Source of the DNA: a virus
Lineage: Duplodnaviria; Caudoviricetes
Length of the DNA: 64,000 nt
Direction: 5' to 3' (one strand)
IMG/VR virus record: IMGVR_UViG_3300013281_000008
Location: 19,143-83,142 of that record
A model generated the notes under the pieces. It was given only the letters and a program-made list of their open reading frames with translations, did not search any database and had not been told where the DNA came from. The position numbers and the translations under genes are program-made. This document shows, piece after piece, positions 61,470 through 64,000 of the stretch. The stretch's first letter is position 1. Each line of letters begins with the position of its first letter.

Positions 61470-61985
61470 TCATAATAATCCCTTCTTGATTAACTTCTTT
61501 TCCCACATATGCTTTTTCATAGGAGATACCAAATTATGAATTGGTTGACCAATCATGTGTTCCAATTCGTGAATTAAACATCTCGCTTCTAATCCGTAAA
61601 ATACTGCTCGTACTTTTTGCCAATTCTCCTCCATAAATTCAGCAGTTACTTCCAAGGGTCGTTCTATACTTTCCCAAAATAACGGTAAACTCAAACAACC
61701 TTCCTCACCTTTAATCATTTCAGAATCTTGATTTAGTATAACAGGATTAATGATTAAGTCAATACCCTGAGTTGACTGATTATACATTATGCAAAAAGTC
61801 TTTAGTATACCAACCTGTACCCCGGCTAATCCTATCCCATTGTTATCCTTCATGATTTTAGCCATATCAGGAACAATGGATTTAATGTATTCTAATTCCG
61901 TCTCCAAGATGGGTTCTGACTGTATATCTAGAATAGGATCTGGATACTTAATCAATTTCATGGTAGATTCTTTGGGAGTATCCAC
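61470..61985 (-). CDS. def: Peptide deformylase
   Basis: GIGLAGVQVG, EGCLSL and HELEH signature motifs. Confidence 0.95.
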   Translation of the reverse strand: MDTPKESTMKLIKYPDPILDIQSEPILETELEYIKSIVPDMAKIMKDNNGIGLAGVQVGILKTFCIMYNQSTQGIDLIINPVILNQDSEMIKGEEGCLSLPLFWESIERPLEVTAEFMEENWQKVRAVFYGLEARCLIHELEHMIGQPIHNLVSPMKKHMWEKKLIKKGLL

Positions 61986-62218
61986 TGCTTAACTTCAAAG
62001 TCTTTTAGTTTATGTTCCTTGGTAACTTCACAATTATAATAGGTAGTTCTTAAAAGATATCCAGAAGAGACTTCAGCTTTACTAACCACGTAGCCGCTTT
62101 CTACGCAATTTTCACCCTTCATATTGTAAAATCGATTATCTTCCTCTTTAAGGAAAATAGTTACGGTTCCTTTGGGTGCACATCCTGATAAAAATAAAGC
62201 TAAAAATAAGTATTTCAT
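61958..62218 (-). CDS. Lipoprotein
   Basis: Signal peptide with lipobox LSGC. Confidence 0.7.
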   Translation of the reverse strand: MKYLFLALFLSGCAPKGTVTIFLKEEDNRFYNMKGENCVESGYVVSKAEVSSGYLLRTTYYNCEVTKEHKLKDFEVKQWILPKNLP

Positions 62219-62354
62219 TCTATTCTTTTTCTGGTCGAATTATAATTTGTTCACCATCTGTACTAATGATTATATTACGATGGCTAGAATTCCCGCAATA
62301 TATATATCAACATCACGAAACCGACTGCCAACCGGATAATTAGCCCCAACGACA

Positions 62355-62700
62355 CTAAAGCTTTCTCCTGGTTTTAGAACCATTTCTGTTTGCTTGTTTT
62401 TTATATCTTCCATTTTTACCTGGCTTATAAGTCACTAAGTTTTTGGGATTAAATAGATCTTGAGGAACTACTTCCTCTACATCTAGAATCTTTACTTTAA
62501 ACTTTACTACCCCACAATACTTCCAACATTTAGACTTAGCATAATTCTCTATTCGCCAAAGTGAGTCATAAACAGTAGTTTCACAATTGCCTAATTCATG
62601 GTCAAAGTCCACTGTGTCCATGAACAACTCGAAATACTTCTTTCCAAAGAAAGCGTCACTCGGACCCAGAACTTGATAAACGTTCTTCTTTACGACGTTT
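62355..62700 (-). CDS. hypothetical protein (3' part of ORF 62355..62930; start uncertain)
   Basis: The 5' part lies under the 62656..62961 gene in another frame. Confidence 0.45.
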
Positions 62701-62961
62701 AGCTTTACTGGCTTTGGCGAAAGCTTTATTGAGAGCCTGTCTAAGAAGTTCGCGAGCTCCCAAATTACGTTTGAAGCCTTTAATTGATACTTCAGGCGTA
62801 GGACGATCAGCTTTATCCAAACCAGCTGGGTCCTTTTTGAACCAAACGTCGTAATTACCTTTGAAACGATCCCCGCCAACATTTGCGATAAAGACCTCAT
62901 CGATTGTGAACCTATCTTCATATTGACCATGTGGAATAACCTCTATTGTAATCTTAAGCAT
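62656..62961 (-). CDS. hypothetical protein
   Basis: TAATATG-coupled; MLKITIEVIPHG...IANVGG...YDV pattern. Confidence 0.65.
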   Translation of the reverse strand: MLKITIEVIPHGQYEDRFTIDEVFIANVGGDRFKGNYDVWFKKDPAGLDKADRPTPEVSIKGFKRNLGARELLRQALNKAFAKASKAKRRKEERLSSSGSE

Positions 62962-62962
62962 A

Positions 62963-63247
62963 TTAATCCGAATGTTTAGAAATAAATTTAGTAGCTTTAA
63001 CTGCGTCTCTTGTTTCCAACACGGATTGGAATTCTTCCCAATCTGAATAGTCTTTTATTGGAATGGTAATCACTTCTTTACAAGCTCGAATCATCCCATA
63101 TTTACTTTGAGCTATAGGAAATGGTTCAGGAAAAGCAATATTCCACCAAAGACCAAACAACACAACTTCATCTGAATTATGCACCGTTCGATCTTCTATA
63201 ATCTCGAAAGCAACGTCCCGATTGTCTTTATGTTTAATAAATGCCAT
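62963..63247 (-). CDS. hypothetical protein
   Basis: 94-aa ORF. Confidence 0.65.
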   Translation of the reverse strand: MAFIKHKDNRDVAFEIIEDRTVHNSDEVVLFGLWWNIAFPEPFPIAQSKYGMIRACKEVITIPIKDYSDWEEFQSVLETRDAVKATKFISKHSD

Positions 63248-63417
63248 ATTCGTCTTTTCTACTCAATTCCAAAACAAGTTTCTTGGAAAGAACTTCCACA
63301 TAATTCAAATCACCAAAGTCTAAAGCTTGACCTATTTCATCAACTAATGTGTAGAGTGACTCCATATAGTTTTCTTGAATTCCATTAAGATCTGGCTCCA
63401 TATATCCTCCTGCTACA

Positions 63418-63978
63418 TCATACTATATTTTTATTTAAATAGTCAATAGATCGTTTAAATAATGAAATATCGTCTTTTAAAAGTCCCAATGCTGTATTAC
63501 AACTATTACAAAGTAATCCTCTTATTTTACCAGTTTTATGACAGTGATCGACATATAAACGTTTTGGTAAATTCATTACATGTTTTCTACATATTGCACA
63601 TCTGTTATATTGTAGTTTAAGTAATGTCTCATAATCATGTAAAGTTATATTATAATTCTCTTTTAATTGTTCTTCTAAATATTTTAATGGATTGTTTTTT
63701 CTCCATTTCCGTCTAGCAGCATTCTGTTTTTCTTTTCCACCATTTTTATAGTATATTTTTGCACGTTTTTGATTATATATTTTTCTATAAGGAAGATTAT
63801 TATATTTTCGACTTTTTTCGTTATATTTATCACGATGCCGACGACGACTTTCTCTATTCTTTATAACTTTACAGGGAGTGCAATAACAAAAATATCCGTC
63901 TTTTGATTGGTTATTTTTAAAAAATTGTGTAATCTCTCTTCTTTTTTTGCAATTGGTGCAAGTTTTTGTTTGGATCAT
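63418..63978 (-). CDS. Endonuclease VII-domain (HNH-superfamily) protein, probably a free-standing homing endonuclease
   Basis: CTNC..CTPC N-terminus; QYNRCAIC...VDHCHKTGKIRGLLCNSCNTALG..KD....RSIDYL. Confidence 0.88.
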   Translation of the reverse strand: MIQTKTCTNCKKRREITQFFKNNQSKDGYFCYCTPCKVIKNRESRRRHRDKYNEKSRKYNNLPYRKIYNQKRAKIYYKNGGKEKQNAARRKWRKNNPLKYLEEQLKENYNITLHDYETLLKLQYNRCAICRKHVMNLPKRLYVDHCHKTGKIRGLLCNSCNTALGLLKDDISLFKRSIDYLNKNIV

Positions 63979-64000
63979 AGAATATCAGAGAATGAGATTA

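Noticed and set aside
62700-62930. Full-length 191-aa ORF 62355..62930 as true dual coding
   Set aside because: The 5' half reads like an off-frame translation of the coupled 62656..62961 gene; a later start is more parsimonious.
1-64000. Integrase, repressor, rRNA, tRNA or CRISPR-Cas loci
   Set aside because: No recognisable motifs seen by eye; a tRNAscan-SE/Infernal run would be needed to exclude atypical RNAs.

Overview
This window is a 64-kb slice of an AT-rich, apparently lytic tailed dsDNA phage. It most likely has a short, podovirus-like tail: it encodes adaptor- and nozzle-like proteins and long ejection proteins, and no tape measure or sheath gene was seen. The genome continues beyond the window, since no DNA polymerase or primase is present. 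There are three transcription blocks. (1) Minus strand, 1-18317, early/middle genes: SF2 helicase, AAA ATPase, Ung, a PhaR-like DNA-binding domain, PilZ, a probable SAM lyase, a DUF6745-like pair, a DEDDh exonuclease, a GNAT and many small ORFs. (2) Plus strand, 18396-57767, late genes: fibre-like proteins, terminase, portal, scaffold, a major capsid gene split by a group I intron, adaptor/nozzle, ejection proteins, holin, a serine protease and an M15 endolysin. (3) Minus strand, 57757-64000: HNH, a trigger-factor-like domain, peptide deformylase and an EndoVII-type nuclease. The most unusual signals are: nine dispersed, translationally coupled mini-genes built from a variable 12-bp unit (QLxS/D)n between conserved caps, which share long identical blocks and bracket a host-takeover cassette; six small basic late proteins sharing a C-terminal F-x-x-I-x-K-x-L helix; an ORF-less group I intron in the capsid gene flanked by two free-standing endonucleases; a repeated late-promoter-like motif TAATAAGTA; and a probable non-canonical ATC start. 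All family assignments come from motif recognition by eye; no database search was run.
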